Assembly: GCF_963921235.1 (NCBI RefSeq) | Contig: NC_086108.1 | Coordinates: 17,794,001-17,858,000, forward strand | Reading direction: 5' to 3' | DNA length: 64,000 nucleotides | From: Mobula hypostoma | Lineage: Eukaryota | The notes under the pieces: model-generated | The model's input: only the letters and a program-made list of their open reading frames with translations | Database searches by the model: none | What the model was told of the DNA's origin: nothing | Position numbers and translations under genes: made by a program | Shown: positions 11,912-24,667 of the stretch, in pieces | Layout of the letters: each line of letters begins with the position of its first letter | Position numbering within the stretch: the stretch's first letter is position 1

Positions 11912-12843
11912 GATTCTATTATTTTATCTTTTATTTGGTATAATAAAAGACCAAGAATGAGTAAATGTCACTTACAAAAGTTGAAAAAGGATGGAGGTCT
12001 CGCTTTTCCTAATTTAAGAATGTATTACTGGGCTGTTAATGTACAATACATGTCCTTTCGGTTATATTGGGTTGATAAGAACGATCGGCCAACTTGGGTA
12101 GACTTGGAATTGAAAGCTGTAAAACAGTTTTATTTAACCTCTTTATTGGGAGCTGCTTTAACTATACAATTAGCTAAAGTTGCTAATTTAAATTTATACC
12201 CTATGCATTCTTTACAAACTTGGCTCCAATTTCTGCAAAATTTTAATCTTAAAAAATTTAAACTTTGTAGTTTAATTTATCGAAATTACCTTTTTAAGCC
12301 TTCCTTGAGTGATCCAATTTTTTTACTTTGGAAAAATAAAGGTATTAATTCTTTTTTGGATTTATTTAAAGAAGATAGACTTTTGAACAATTAGTTGATA
12401 AATATTCTATTTCATATTCACACTTTTTACAGTACCTTCAAGTTAGACATTTCTTACAAAAATATTTAAGTAATTTTCCTTACATATTGGATGCTGACCT
12501 GTTAGATACTATTATGAGTATGAACCCTTCGATGAAGGGTTCCATTGGAAGAATTTATAATTTACTATTACAATGGGATAAGCGCCCTTTATTTAAGATT
12601 AAACAAGATTGGGAAAAGGAACTTAATTTGACTTTTATGATGGAAGATTGGATGCAGATTCTGAAGCTGGTTAACTCTTCTTCTATCTGTGCTAGTCATT
12701 CACAGATTCAATTTAAAATTGTACATCATTACCATTTGATGAAGGAGAGATTGTCTAAAATATTCCCTAATGTTGATAGTTATTGTGATATATGTAAAAC
12801 TGAGACAGCTATATTGACACATATGTTTTTGGTCTTGTTCTAT
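11912..12843 (+). pseudogene. L1-clade ORF2, piece 3: C-terminal region to the zinc knuckle; 3' end missing
   Basis: DSIILSFIWYNKRPRMSK...KKDGGLAFPNLRMYYWA...QFKIVH...YCDICKTETAILTHMF. Confidence 0.88.
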
Positions 12844-12849
12844 ACAGAT

Positions 12850-13000
12850 CTACCACAGTGATCAGTGCTGGGTCTGTTGTTGTTTATTATCTGTATCAAT
12901 GATCTAAATGATAATGTTTTAAGCTGAACCTGCAAATTTGTGAATGACAGCAAGTTTGCAGGGTGTAATGGACAGTGAGGAAGACTATCAAAACTTGCAG
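12850..13000 (+). mobile_element. Degraded CR1 RT fragment
   Basis: ccacagtgatcagtgctgggtctgttgttgtttattatctgtatcaatgatcta corresponds to PQGSVLGPLLF..YINDL. Confidence 0.6.
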
Positions 13001-13004
13001 CTGG

Positions 13005-13190
13005 AGAAATCTCCCCAGGTCTTAACCAACATTTGTAACCTCAACCAAAACCTAAATGCAGACAATGTGGCTGTAATCATACTGTTGCCCAAGGAGAACT
13101 GTGGGATGTGTATTGGCTGTCTAATCACAATGCCTCACCTCCAAAGATTTTTGTTGACTGTAAAGCACCATAGGAAGTCCTAGGGTCACG
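13005..13190 (+). mobile_element. Possible ancient Deu-core SINE remnant (SacSINE1/AmnSINE1-like)
   Basis: ccaacatttgtaacctcaaccaa...attggctg...tccaaag...ttgactgtaaagcac..ggaagtcct is colinear with the Deu domain as recalled; not verified by search. Confidence 0.45.
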
Positions 13191-13609
13191 ACTGTCCATC
13201 TGACAAAGCAGCACATTTGACAGATTACCTCTTGTAGTGCAGCATGTTCTCAAATCCTTGCAACTCAAAGGCCGGCCCATTCTCATCAAAACAGGTCTAA
13301 TACCAACTGAGCATGGCAGCAGGTCAATAGTCAAATGATGATTTCACCAAAATCTGTGGCTCAACTGTGTTATCAAACAAAGTCTGACTCCAGACAAACA
13401 TCAAGGCAAGGCTGGCTGTAGGGATCTGTCTTAGAAAGAGGAGCAGAGAAGTTCAGGGCTCTGGTATCTGCTGTAAGGCTCTGATGATAGAAATCTATTG
13501 CATTCAAGACTTAGAGGAGCACAGTGATTTCAGAGGGTCAAAAGGTTGGAAGTTATGTGACAGAGACAGGAAAGGTCTGACCATGCTGCTTTCATGTCAG
13601 GGTAACAAT

Positions 13610-14210
13610 TATAGAAGTCAGGATGTTCTGTTCTAGTTGTACAAGATGTTCAAGGATGTAATGCTGAGGCTTTATAAGACACTCCTGAGGCCTCACTTGG
13701 AGTACTGTGAGGAGTTTTGGGCCCCTTTTTAAGAAAGGATGTGCTGACTTTGAACAGAATCCACTTGAGGTTCATGAGAATGATTCTGGGAATGAAAGGT
13801 TTATCATATGAGAAGATAGTAATGGTTCTGAGCCTGTACTCACTGGAGTTTTGAAGAATGAGGGGTGACCTCATTGAAACCTATGGAATGTTGAAAGGCG
13901 TAGATAGAGTGGATGTGGAGAGGATTTTTCCTATGATGGAGGAGTCTAGGACCAGAGGACACAGCCTCAGAAAAGAGGGATGTCGCTTTAGAACAGAGGT
14001 GAGGAGGAATTTCTTTAGCCAGAAGGTGGTGAATCTGTGGAATTCATTGCCACAGGTGGCTGTGGAGGCCAGGTCATTTGGTGCATCTGAGGCGGAAGTT
14101 GATGGGTTCTTGAAAGGTTACGGGGAGAATTCAGGAGAATGGATTTGAGAGGAAAATTGATTAGCCATGATGAAATGGTGGATCAGATTTGAAGAGCTGA
14201 ATGGCCAAAT
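13610..14210 (+). mobile_element. 5'-truncated CR1
   Basis: RPHLEYC; MRGDLIETYGMLKGVDRVD...RRNFFSQKVVNLWNSLPQ; 3' UTR follows. Confidence 0.85.
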
Positions 14211-14224
14211 ATAGTTGTATATTA

Positions 14225-14535
14225 TTAAGGCTGTACTTGGACTATTATGTACAGTTTTAGTAGGACAGATGTCTTTTAAGCTGAAAGGAATGCAAAGAGG
14301 TTTTTTGAGAATGTTGTCAGGATTTGAGTTGTGGAGTTATAGGAGGAGTTTGAGTAGACTATGACTTTGTTCCTTTGAGTGAAGGAAGCTGAGGGGCATA
14401 GATAGGGTGAATGTGCACAATCTTTTTGCCAGGGCAAAGGAATCAAACACCAGTGAGCATAGATTTAAGGTGAGAAAGGAAGGATTTAAAAGAGACCTGA
14501 GGAGTAACTTCTTCACATAGAGGGTGGTATATATA
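14225..14535 (+). mobile_element. Old CR1 fragment, left part (resumes near 15785)
   Basis: agatttaaggtgagaaaggaaggattt...aacttcttcacatagagggtggta corresponds to the NFFTQRVV region. Confidence 0.6.
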
Positions 14536-15435
14536 AAGTTCAAAGTAAATTTAATATGAAAGTATGCAGATGTCACCGTATCCTACCTTACAATTCCTTT
14601 TCTGGCAGGCATTTACAGGAAAATAAAGAAATACAATAAAATTTATGTAAAACTATAAGTAACAAAGATTGATAAACAGCCATTGTGGAAAAGAAGACAA
14701 AAACTGCAAATAATAAAGAAAGTAAATAAATAATAAATATTGAGAACATGAGTTGTAAAGTTGTTGGAAGTGAGTCCATAGGCTATGGAATCAGTTCAGT
14801 GTTGAATTGAGTGGAGTTGTCCACTCTGGTTCAGGAGCCTGATGATTATAGATAATAGACAATAGGTGCAGGAGTAGATCATTCAGCCCTTCGAGCCAGC
14901 ACCGCCATTCACTGTGATCATGGCTGATCATCCACTATCAGTATCCAGTTCCTGCCCTATCCCCATAACCTGATTGTAAGGTAATAACTGTTCCTGAACC
15001 TGGTGTTGTGGAACCTAAGGCTCTTGCATCTGCTGTACCACCCAATGGTGGTAGCGAGAAGAAAGCATGGCCTGGATGGTGGGGTCCTGGATGATAGATG
15101 CTACTTTCTTGTGTTAGTGCTCCCTGTAAACATGCTCAATGGTGGGAAGGGTTTTGTCTGAGAAGGATTGGGCTTTGTTCAGCACTTTCTGTAGACTTTT
15201 CCATTCCTGGGCATTCATATTTCCATACTGGACCAAGGTACAACCAGTCAGGGTACTCTCCATTGTACATCTATAGAAGTTTGTCAAAGTTTTAGATGAT
15301 GTACCGAATCTATGCAAACTTCCAAGAAAGTTTACTGCACTTACATCCCAGGACAGATCCTCTGATATGGTAACACCAAGGAATTTAAAGTTATTGACCC
15401 CCTTCACCTCTAATCCCCTAATGAGGACTGGCTCA
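14536..15435 (-). mobile_element. Rex1/Babar-like LINE 3' portion
   Basis: Minus-strand VNNFKFLGVTISEDLSW...TNFYRCTMESTLTGC...KSLQKVLNKAQ, homologous to 551-1405. A-rich UTR complement and aagttcaaagt tail at left. Confidence 0.75.
14853..14970 (-). mobile_element. CR1 3' end nested in the Rex1/Babar-like element
   Basis: aataggtgcaggagtag..cattcagcccttcgagcc.gcacc.ccatt...gatcatggctgatcatcca matches 4476-4585. Confidence 0.8.
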
Positions 15436-15454
15436 TAAATATAGAATGAGTTGC

Positions 15455-15780
15455 CCAGATGGGTGTTGGGGTGGAGATACATCTCTACCAAAGGAAGTGT
15501 AAGGCACTCCTTCCCTTTGCTAGCCTGCAGATCACCTTTGGGCAAAGTGTAGCGTCTGCCTAGCTCCCAATCAGGGTCACGTGAAGCCATGGGTGGATGA
15601 CTTATACAAGCAATTGATGCATATCACAAGTTCTGGTTATGCAACCACCGAAGAGTATTGATAATGGCTGGTGTCATCCGTCTTGTAAAGGCACCACCCA
15701 GAAGAAGGCAATGCCAAACCACTTTTGTAGAAAATATTGACAAGAGCGATCATGGTCATGGAAAGATCATGGCACATAAT
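15455..15780 (+). mobile_element. Contiguous copy of the SINE-like element with an RTE-type tail
   Basis: Colinear with 392-550 joined to 1406-1620. Confidence 0.75.
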
Positions 15781-15784
15781 ATAC

Positions 15785-15960
15785 GAGCCCAGAGGAAGTG
15801 GTTGAGGCAAGTACATGAACAACATTTGAAAGACCTTTGGACAAGTACATGGATAAGCTAGGTTTAGAGGGACATAGGCTAAGAGTGGCTAAATGTGTCT
15901 AGCTTAGATGGGAATCTTGGTTGACATGGACCGAAGGGCCCATTGCTAGACTCTATGACG
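15785..15960 (+). mobile_element. Old CR1 fragment, right part and 3' UTR
   Basis: ccagaggaagtggttgaggca...ttggacaagtacatggata...gaccgaagggccc...ctctatgac. Confidence 0.6.
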
Positions 15961-16419
15961 TTATAGAGTTTCTACATTATATTCATAATTTAACTCTCAG
16001 TAAGACAAAGGACTGATCCACATTTATTGGACATCATTTTCATTCAATTTCTTTCAATTCCATTTCTACTTCAGCCATTTAAATGACAGTTCAATAGATC
16101 GTCTTCTTTACTCATCAACAGCTGGTATTCAGGTACCAGCCCATTGAAGTGCAGATACACACAGGGATAATGTGTTGATGGCAACAAACTGTTTTGATCC
16201 AAAGGCAGGTTTCCAGCCTCATGCTATGAACTGTCTCAGCTCCCTTGAGGCTGGAATATAAACGATAGACTGAGAGATACCAGCTGCTCCATTAAATGTA
16301 AAAATGCACACTACCCTCCTTCTCAACTGTTCGGTTGTATGATCAAAGCTACAGTGTGGATTTATATTTACAGTTTATTCCTGGAATGTTATTTATTTCA
16401 TTTATTTTTTTATTTGTTT

Positions 16420-16670
16420 AGCAATACAGCACAGAACAGGCCCTATAAGCCCAGGCACTGCCCAGCAAACCCACTTATTTAACCGCAGGACAATTTACAA
16501 TGACCAATTAATGTACTACCTTTGAACTGTGGGAGGAGACTGGAGCACTCAGAGGAAACTCACATACACAGGGGAAGAACGTACAAACTCCTCATAAACA
16601 GTGACAGATCTGAACTCTGAACTCCGGACTCCGACGCCTCACACTGTAATAGCGTTGCACTAACCATTAT
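16420..16670 (-). mobile_element. V-SINE (HE1-like), tRNA-derived
   Basis: V-core complement actgtgggaggagactggagcactcagaggaaactcac...ggggaagaacgtacaaactcc. tRNA-like head remnant cactaacca at right; CR1-like tail cagcacagaacaggccc at left. Confidence 0.75.
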
Positions 16671-16859
16671 GAATGGTGGATGTGGGTATGACTGCTTCTG
16701 ACATTTAATGTTGCACCCCAATTGCTCCCAATCAGAGATTTTAACAAAAAGTTAACTACATTGGTGGATCAGACTTCAGACAAAAGATGGTAAGGATGAC
16801 AGATTCCCTCCCCCAGGAGAATCAGGTGAGATTTTTCAACTCTACAGTTGTACAGCTTT

Positions 16860-17370
16860 TTTTCACATTTGTTCAAGGGATGTGGGCTTCACAGGCTGAG
16901 CTAGCATTAAATTGCTTATGCCTAGTTGGCCTTGAAAAGGCTGCGGTTAGCTGCCTACTTGAACTACTGGAGTCTGTGAGGTGTGGGTAGTATTGTTATG
17001 GAGATAGTTCCAGGATTTTGATCCAGTGATGGTGAAGGGATGGTGCTGGTTTAGGGTGGATTTTCCAGATGGTGATGTTTCATACTTGTACTGCCCTTGA
17101 CCTTTTACCTATAGAGGTGGTGGGTTTGGAAGGTACTGTCTAAGGAGTTCTGGTGAGTTGCTTCAGTGTGTTCTGTCAATGGTAAAAATTGTCACTGCTA
17201 TAGTAGATAGCAGATGAGTGAATGGTGGTGGATGGGCTTGCTATCAATGGACTTGCTATGTCATGTTTGGTGTAGAGTTTCATGAATATTGCTGAAGCTG
17301 CACTTACCTGCCGAAATGGAGAGTATTCTATTACACTCCTGACTTAAGCCAGGTAGGTGATGGATTAGAT
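16860..17370 (-). mobile_element. Old L2/CR1-group LINE fragment
   Basis: ggatgtgggc...agcattaaattgc...ccttgaaaagg...gttccaggattttgatccagtgatggtgaagg resembles a common chondrichthyan LINE 3' region. Recognition only. Confidence 0.4.
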
Positions 17371-17398
17371 TTTGGTTGTATCTCACTTTTTCCCAGTC

Positions 17399-19161
17399 AA
17401 TGCTAGGAGTATTGCGGGGAAGGCGGATGAGTTGAGGGCGTGGATTGACACGGGGAATTATGACGTTATAGCAATTAATGAAACTTGGCTACAGGAGGGG
17501 CAGGACTGGCAGCTTAATATTCCAGGGTTCCGATGTTTCAGATGTGATCGAGGCAGAGGGATGAAAGGTGGGGGAGTAGCATTGCTTGTTAGGGAAAATA
17601 TTACAGCAGTGCTCAGGCAGGACAGATTAGAGGGCTTGTCCACTGAGTCCTTATGGGTGGAGCTGAGAAACAGGAAAGGTATGGCCACGTTAGTGGGATT
17701 GTATTACAGAACACCCAATAGTCAATGAGAATTGGAAGAGCAAATCTGCAGAGAGATAGCAGGCAACTGCAGGAAACATAAAGTTGTGGTGGTAGGGGAT
17801 TTTAATTTTCCTTATTTTGATTGGGGCTCCCATACTGTTAGGGGTCTAGATAGTTTAGAGTTTGTAAAATGTGTTCAGGAAAGTTTTCTAAATCAATATA
17901 TAGAGGGACCAACTAGAGGGGAAGCAATATTGGATCTCCTGTTAGGAAATGAGTTAGGACAAGTGACAGCAGTCTGTGTAGGGGAGTACTTTGGTTCCAG
18001 TGATCAAAACACCATTAGTTTCAACTTGATCATGGACAAGGATAGATCTGGTCCTAGGGTTGAGGTTCTTAACTGGAAGAAGGCCAAATTTGAAGAAATG
18101 AGAAAGGATCTCAAAAACGTGGATTGGGACAGGTTGTTCTCTGGCAAAGATGTGATCGGTAGGTGGGAAGCCTTCAAAGGAGAAATTTTGAGAGTGCAGA
18201 ATTTGTATGTTCCTGTCAGGATTAAAGGCAAAGTAAATAGGAATATGGAACCTTGGTTCTCAAGGGATATTGCAACTCTGATAAAGAAGAAGAGGGAGTT
18301 GTATGACATGTATAGGAAGCAGGGAGTAAGTAAGGTGCTTGAGGAGTATAAGAAGTGCAAGAAAAATACTTAAGAAAGAAATCAGGAGGGCTAAAAGAAG
18401 ACATGAGGTTGCCTTGGCAGTCAAAGTGAAGGATAATCCAAAGAGCTTTTACAGGTATATTAAGAGCAAAAGGATTGTATGGGATAAAATTGGTCCTCTT
18501 GAAGATCAGAGTGGTCAGCTATATGCGGAACCAAAGGAAATGGGGGAGATCTTAAAGAGGTTTTTTGCATCTGTATTTACTAAGGAAACTGGCAAGAAGT
18601 CTATGGAATTAAGGGAAACAAGTAGTGAGATCATGGAAGCTGTACAGATCGAAAAGGAGGAGGTCCTTGCTGTCTTGAGAAAAATTAAAGTGGATAAATC
18701 CCTCGGACCTTGAAGGAGACTAGAGTTGAAATTGCAGGGGCCCTGGCAGAAATATTTAAAATGTCGCTGTCTACAGGTGAGGTGCCAGAGGATTGGAGAA
18801 TGGCTCATGTTGTTCCGTTGTTTAAAAAAGGATCGAAAAGTAATCCGGGAAATTGTAGGCCAGTAAGTTTAACGTCGGTAGTAGGTAAGTTATTGGAGGG
18901 AGTACTAAGAGACAGAATCTACAAGCATTTGGATAGACAGGGACTTATCAGGGAGAGTCAACATGGCTTTGTGCGTGGTAGGTCATGTTTGACCAGTCTA
19001 TTGGAGTTTTTCAAGGAGGTTACCAGGAAAGTGGATGAAGGGAAGGCAGTGGATATTGTCTACATGGACTTCAGTAAGGACTTTGACAAGGTCCCGCATG
19101 GGAGGTTAGTTGGGAAAATTCAGTCGCTAGGTATATATGGAGAGGTGGTAAATTGCATTAG
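17399..19161 (+). mobile_element. CR1 ORF2 (endonuclease to mid-RT), 3'-truncated at the satellite border
   Basis: NARSIAGK, VVVGDFNFP, GSSDQN, NCRPVSLTSVVGK, QHGFVRGRSC, YMDFSKDFDKVPH. Breaks off before PQGSVLGP. Confidence 0.92.
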
Positions 19162-19229
19162 TACTAATCTAAGTCGAACATTTATTGTATTTGTCATACT
19201 GTCAAGATAGAGTCTTTACCAATTTGTTT
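19161..19229 (-). mobile_element. ~70-bp remnant of the satellite-embedded L1 (third copy)
   Basis: gtactaatctaagtcgaacatttattgtatttgtcatactgtcaagatagagtctttaccaatttgttt matches 24599-24667 and 28940-29008, with the same |catctt junction. Confidence 0.93.
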
Positions 19230-22200
19230 CATCTTAACATAACTTCCCGTATGATTCTGAGATGTTTGACACCTGTTATATCACTCAGCTATTCAAGATA
19301 AAAAAGTTTATTGCTCAGTGCATACAGTGCTTTGGCATTAAAAGTATATATTTGGATTTTACTCTAAAGTATGGAAGGCAAACCTTATGGAGTCATCTTA
19401 ATATAACTCCCCACATGATTCTCAGTTGTCTGAGAGCTGTTATATCACTTAGCTACTCAAGATAAAAGAGTTGATTTCTCACTGATTACAGTGCATTGGC
19501 ATTGAAAGAAGTATACATTTCAATTTTACTCAAATCTTCTGACTGCAAACCTATTGGAAACATCTTAACATTACTCCCCTCATGATTCTGAGATGTTTGA
19601 CACCTGTTATATCACTCAGGTATTCAAGATAAAAAAAGTTCATTACTCAGTGCATACAGTGCATCGGCATTAAAGGAAATATTTAAATCAATTTTACTCA
19701 ATAGTACTGAATGCAAACCTTATGGGAACATCTTAATATAACTCCCCACATGATTCTGAATTGTCTGAGAGCTGTTATATCACTTAGCTATTCAAGATAA
19801 AAAAAAGTTGACTTCTCACTGCATGCAGTGCATTGGCATTGAAAGAAGTATACATTTCAATTTTACTCAAAGGTACTAACAGCAAACCTGATGGAAACAT
19901 CTTAACGTAACTACCAATATGATTCTGAGTTGTTTAAGACCTGTTTAATCACTCAGCTCTTCAAGATAAAAAAGTTGATTTCTCAGTGCATACAGTGCAT
20001 TAGCATTGAAAGAAGTATACATTTCAATTGTACTCAAAATTGCTGACTGCAAACCTAAAGGAAACATCTTGACAAACTCCCCACATGATTCTTAGATGTT
20101 TGAGACCTGTTATATCATTCGGCTATTCAAGATAAAAATATTGATTTCTCAGTGCCAACAGTGCCTTGGCATTAAAAGTATATATTTCAATTTTACTCTA
20201 CAGTACTGAATGCAAACCTTATAGAAACATCTTAATATAAATCCCCACTTGATTTTGAGTTGTCTGAGAGCTGTTATATCAGTTAGCTATTTAAGATTAA
20301 ACAGTTGATTTCTCACTGCATGCAGTACATTGGCATTGAAAGAAGTATACGTTTCAATATTACTCAAAGGTACTGACTGCAAACCTGATGGAAACATCTT
20401 AACATCACTCCCTACAGTATTCTGAGACGTTGGACACCTGTTCTTTCACTTAGCTATTCAAAATAAAAAAGTTGATTTCTCAGTGCATACAGTGCATTAG
20501 CATTGAAAGAAGTATGCATTTCAATTTTACTCAAAATTGCTCACTGCAAACCTAATGGAAACATCTTAACATAACTCCCCACATGATTCTGAGATGTTTG
20601 ACACCTGTTATATCACTCAGATATTCAAGATAAAGAAGTTGATTTCTCAGTGCATATAATGCTTTGGCATTAAAGGAAATATATTTCAATTTTACTCAAT
20701 AGCACTGAATGCAAACCTCATGGAAACGTCTTCATATAACTCCCCACTTAATTTTGAGTTGTCTGAGAGCTGTTATATCACTTAGCTAATCAAGATAAAA
20801 GAAGTTGATTTCTCTCTGCATACAGTGCATTGGCATTGAAAGAAGTATACATTTCAATTTTATTCAAAGATACTAACAGCAAACCTGATGGAAACATCTT
20901 AACATAACTCCCTATATGATTCTGAGTTGTTAAGACCTGTTATATCAGTTAGCTATTCAAGATAAAAAGTTTATTTCTCATTGTATACAGAGCTTTGGCA
21001 TTAAAAGTATAGATTTCAATTTTACTCGAAAGTACTGAATGCAAACCTTATGGAAACATCTTAATATAACTCCCCACATAAATTTGACTTGTCTGAGAGC
21101 GGATATATCACTTAGCTATGCAAGATAAAAAAGTTAATTTCTCAGTGCATACAATGCTTTAGCATTAAAAGAAATACGTATTTCAATTTTACTCAATAGC
21201 ACTGAATGCAAACCTTATTGAAACATCTTAACATAATCCCCCACATGATTCTGACTTGTCTGAGAGCTGTAATATCACTTCACGATGCAAGATAAAAAAG
21301 TTGATTTCTCAGTGCATACAGTGCATTAGCATTGAAAGAGGTATACATTTCAATTTTACTGAAAGGTACGGACTGGAAACCTGATGGAAATATCTTAACA
21401 TAATACCCACATGATTCTAAGATATTGGACACCCGTTCAAGATAAAAAAAGTTGATTTCTCCCTGTATACAATGCTTTGGCATTAAAAGAAGTATGTTTT
21501 ACAATTTTACTCAATAGCACTGAATGCAAACCTCATGGAAACATCTTAGCATAACTCCCCACATGATTCTGCATTGTCTGAGAGCTGTTATATCAGTCAG
21601 CTATTCAAGATAAAAAAGTTGATTTTTCAGTGCATACATTGCTTTGGCATTAAAGGAAATATATATTTCAATTTTACTCAATAGCACTGAATGCAAACCT
21701 AATGGAAACATCTTAACAAAGTCACCACATGATTCTTAGATGTTTGAGACCTGTTATATCACTCAGCTATTCAAGATAAAAAAGTTGATTTCTCAGTGGT
21801 ATACAAGTACTTTGGCATTAAAAGAAGTATGTATTTCAATTTTACTCTACAGTACTGAATGCAGACCTTATGGAAACATCTAACATAACTCCCCACATGA
21901 TTCTGACTTGTCTGAGAGCTGTAATATCACTTCGCTTTGCAAGATAAAAAAAGTTGATTTCTCAGTGCATACAGTGCATTAGCATTGAAAGAAGCACACA
22001 TTTCAATTGTACTCAAAATTGCTGACTGCATACCTAAAGGAAACATCTTAACAAACTCCCCACATGATTCTTAGATGTTTGAGACCTGTTATATCATTCG
22101 GCTATTCAAGATAAAAATATTGATTTCTCAGTGCCGACAGTGCTTTGGCATTAAAAGTATATATTTCAATTTTACTCTACAGTACTGAATGCAAACCTTA

Positions 22201-23880
22201 TGGAAACATCTTAATATAACTCCCTGTATGATTCTGAGTTGTTTAAGACCTGTTACATCGCTCAGCTCTTCAAGAAAAAAAGTTGATTTCTCAGTGCATT
22301 CAGTGCATTAGCATTGAAAGAAGTGTACATTTCACTTTTACTCAAAGCTGCTGACTGCAAACTTAGTGGAAACACCTTAACATAATACCCACATGATTCT
22401 GAGATATTGGACACCCGTTATATCACTTAGCTATTCAAGATAAAAAAGTTGATTTCTCAGTGTATACAATGCTTTGGCATTAAAAGAAGTATGTTTTTCA
22501 ATTTTACTCAATAGCACTGAATGCAAACCTAATGGAAACATCTTAACAAAGTCCCCACATGATTCTTAGATGTTTGAGACCTGTTATATCACTCAGCTAT
22601 TCAAGATAAAAAAGTAGATTTCTCAGTGGTATACAAGTGCTTTGGCATTAAAAGAAGTATGTTTTTCAATTTTACTCAATAGCACTGAATGCAAACCTCA
22701 TGGAAACATCTTAGCATAACTCCCCACATGATTCTGCGTTGTCTGAGAGCTGTTATATCACTCAGCTATTCAAGATAAAAAAGTTGATTTTTCAGTGCAT
22801 ACATTGCTTTGGCATTAAAGGGAATATATATTTTAATTTTACTCAATAGCACTGAATGCAAACCTCATGGAAACATCTTAGCATAACTCCCAACATGATT
22901 CTGAGTTCTCTGAGAGCTGTTATATCACTTGGCTAATCAAGATAAAAAAGTTGATTTCTCAGTGCATACAGTGCATTAGCATTGAATGAAGTATACATTT
23001 CAATTTTAATCAAAGGTGCTTACTGCAAACCTGATGGAAACACCTTAACATCACTACCCACATGATTCTGAGTTGTCTGAGAGCTGTTATGTCACTTAGC
23101 TCTTCAAAATAAAAAAGTTGATTACTCACTGCATACTGTGCATTGGCAGTGAAAGAAGTACACATTTCAATTTTACTCAAAGGTACTAACTGCAAACCTG
23201 ATGGAAACACCTTAACATCACTACCCACATGATTCTGAGTTGTCTGAGAGCTGTTATGTCACTTAGCTCTTCAAGATAAAAAAGTTGATTTCTCCGTGTA
23301 TACAATGCTTTGGCATTAAAAGAAGTATGTTTTTCAATTTTACTCAATAGCACTGAATGCAGACCTCATGGAAACATCTTAGCATAATCGCAACATGATT
23401 CTGTGTTGTGTGAGAGCTGTAAAATCACTGAGCTATTCAAGATAAAAAAGTTGATTTTTCAGTGCATACATTGCTTTGGCATTAAAGGAAATATATATTT
23501 CAATTTTACTCAATAGCACTGAATGCAAACCTCATGGATACATCTTAATATAACTCCCCACATGATTCTGAGTTGTCTGAGAGCTTTTATATCACTCATC
23601 TATTCAAGATAAAAGAAGTTGATTTCTCACTGCATAAAGTGCATTGGCATTGGAAAAAGTATACATTTCAATTTTACTCAAAGGTACAGACTGCAAACCT
23701 GATGGAAACATCTTAACATAACTCCCCACATGATTCTGCGTTGTCAGAGAGCTGTTATATCAGTCAGCTATTCAAGATTATAAAAGTTGATTTTTCAATA
23801 CATACATTGCTTTGGCATTAAAGGAAATATACATTTCAATTTTACTCAATAGCACTGAAAGCAAACCCTGGATACATCTT

Positions 23881-24667
23881 TTTTAATATAATGTTTATTG
23901 AGTTTTCAAAAAGAATACCTGAAAAGATAATATCTACCCGACCCCTCCCCTTAACCCTCCCCCCCTCATATAAAGTCCTACCTAGAAAAGAAAAGAAGAA
24001 AAAAAAAAGAAGAGCTGCCTGGGTATTGGAAGGTTTCCACATGCTCCATGGAATTCAAAATAAATTTGATATACTTATTCGTTACTTTCCCCAAGGGACC
24101 AAGATCTTTATCGGAGTACTTAAATATGCCATCCTATCTTTTGTAAATAAGGGTGCCAAATATTCAAAAATGTTATATATTTATCTCTTAAATTATAAGT
24201 AATTTTTTCTGGTGGAATACAACTAGCCATTTCATTATTCCAATGATTCATACTTAAATACGAATCAGATTTCCAAGTAACTGCTATAGTCTTCTTAGCT
24301 ACTGCCAATGCAATTTTTATGAATTCTTTCTGATATTTATTCAATTTAAGTTTCGGCTTTATCCCTTCAATATCACCTAATAGAAATAATACCGGATTAT
24401 GTGGAAGTTGAGTTCCAGTAATTTGTTCCAAAAAGACTCTTAAATTTATCCAAAAGTGTTGAATTTTAAAACAAGACCAAGTAGAATGTAAGAAAGTACC
24501 AATTTCTTGATTACACCGAAAGCATTTATCGGATAGATTTGAATTTAATCTATTTATTTTTTGTGGTGTAATATATAATTGGTGTAAAAAATTATATTGT
24601 ATTAATCTAAGTCGAACATTTATTGTATTTGTCATACTGTCAAGATAGAATCTTTACCAATTTGTTT
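23881..24667 (-). mobile_element. 5'-truncated L1-clade insertion in the satellite, copy A
   Basis: 171-aa ORF with zinc knuckle CFRCNQEIGTFLHSTWSC ending IWHPYL; G-rich 3' UTR, AATAAA and short poly-A on the minus strand; catctt on both sides (23875-23880, 24668-24673). Confidence 0.93.
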
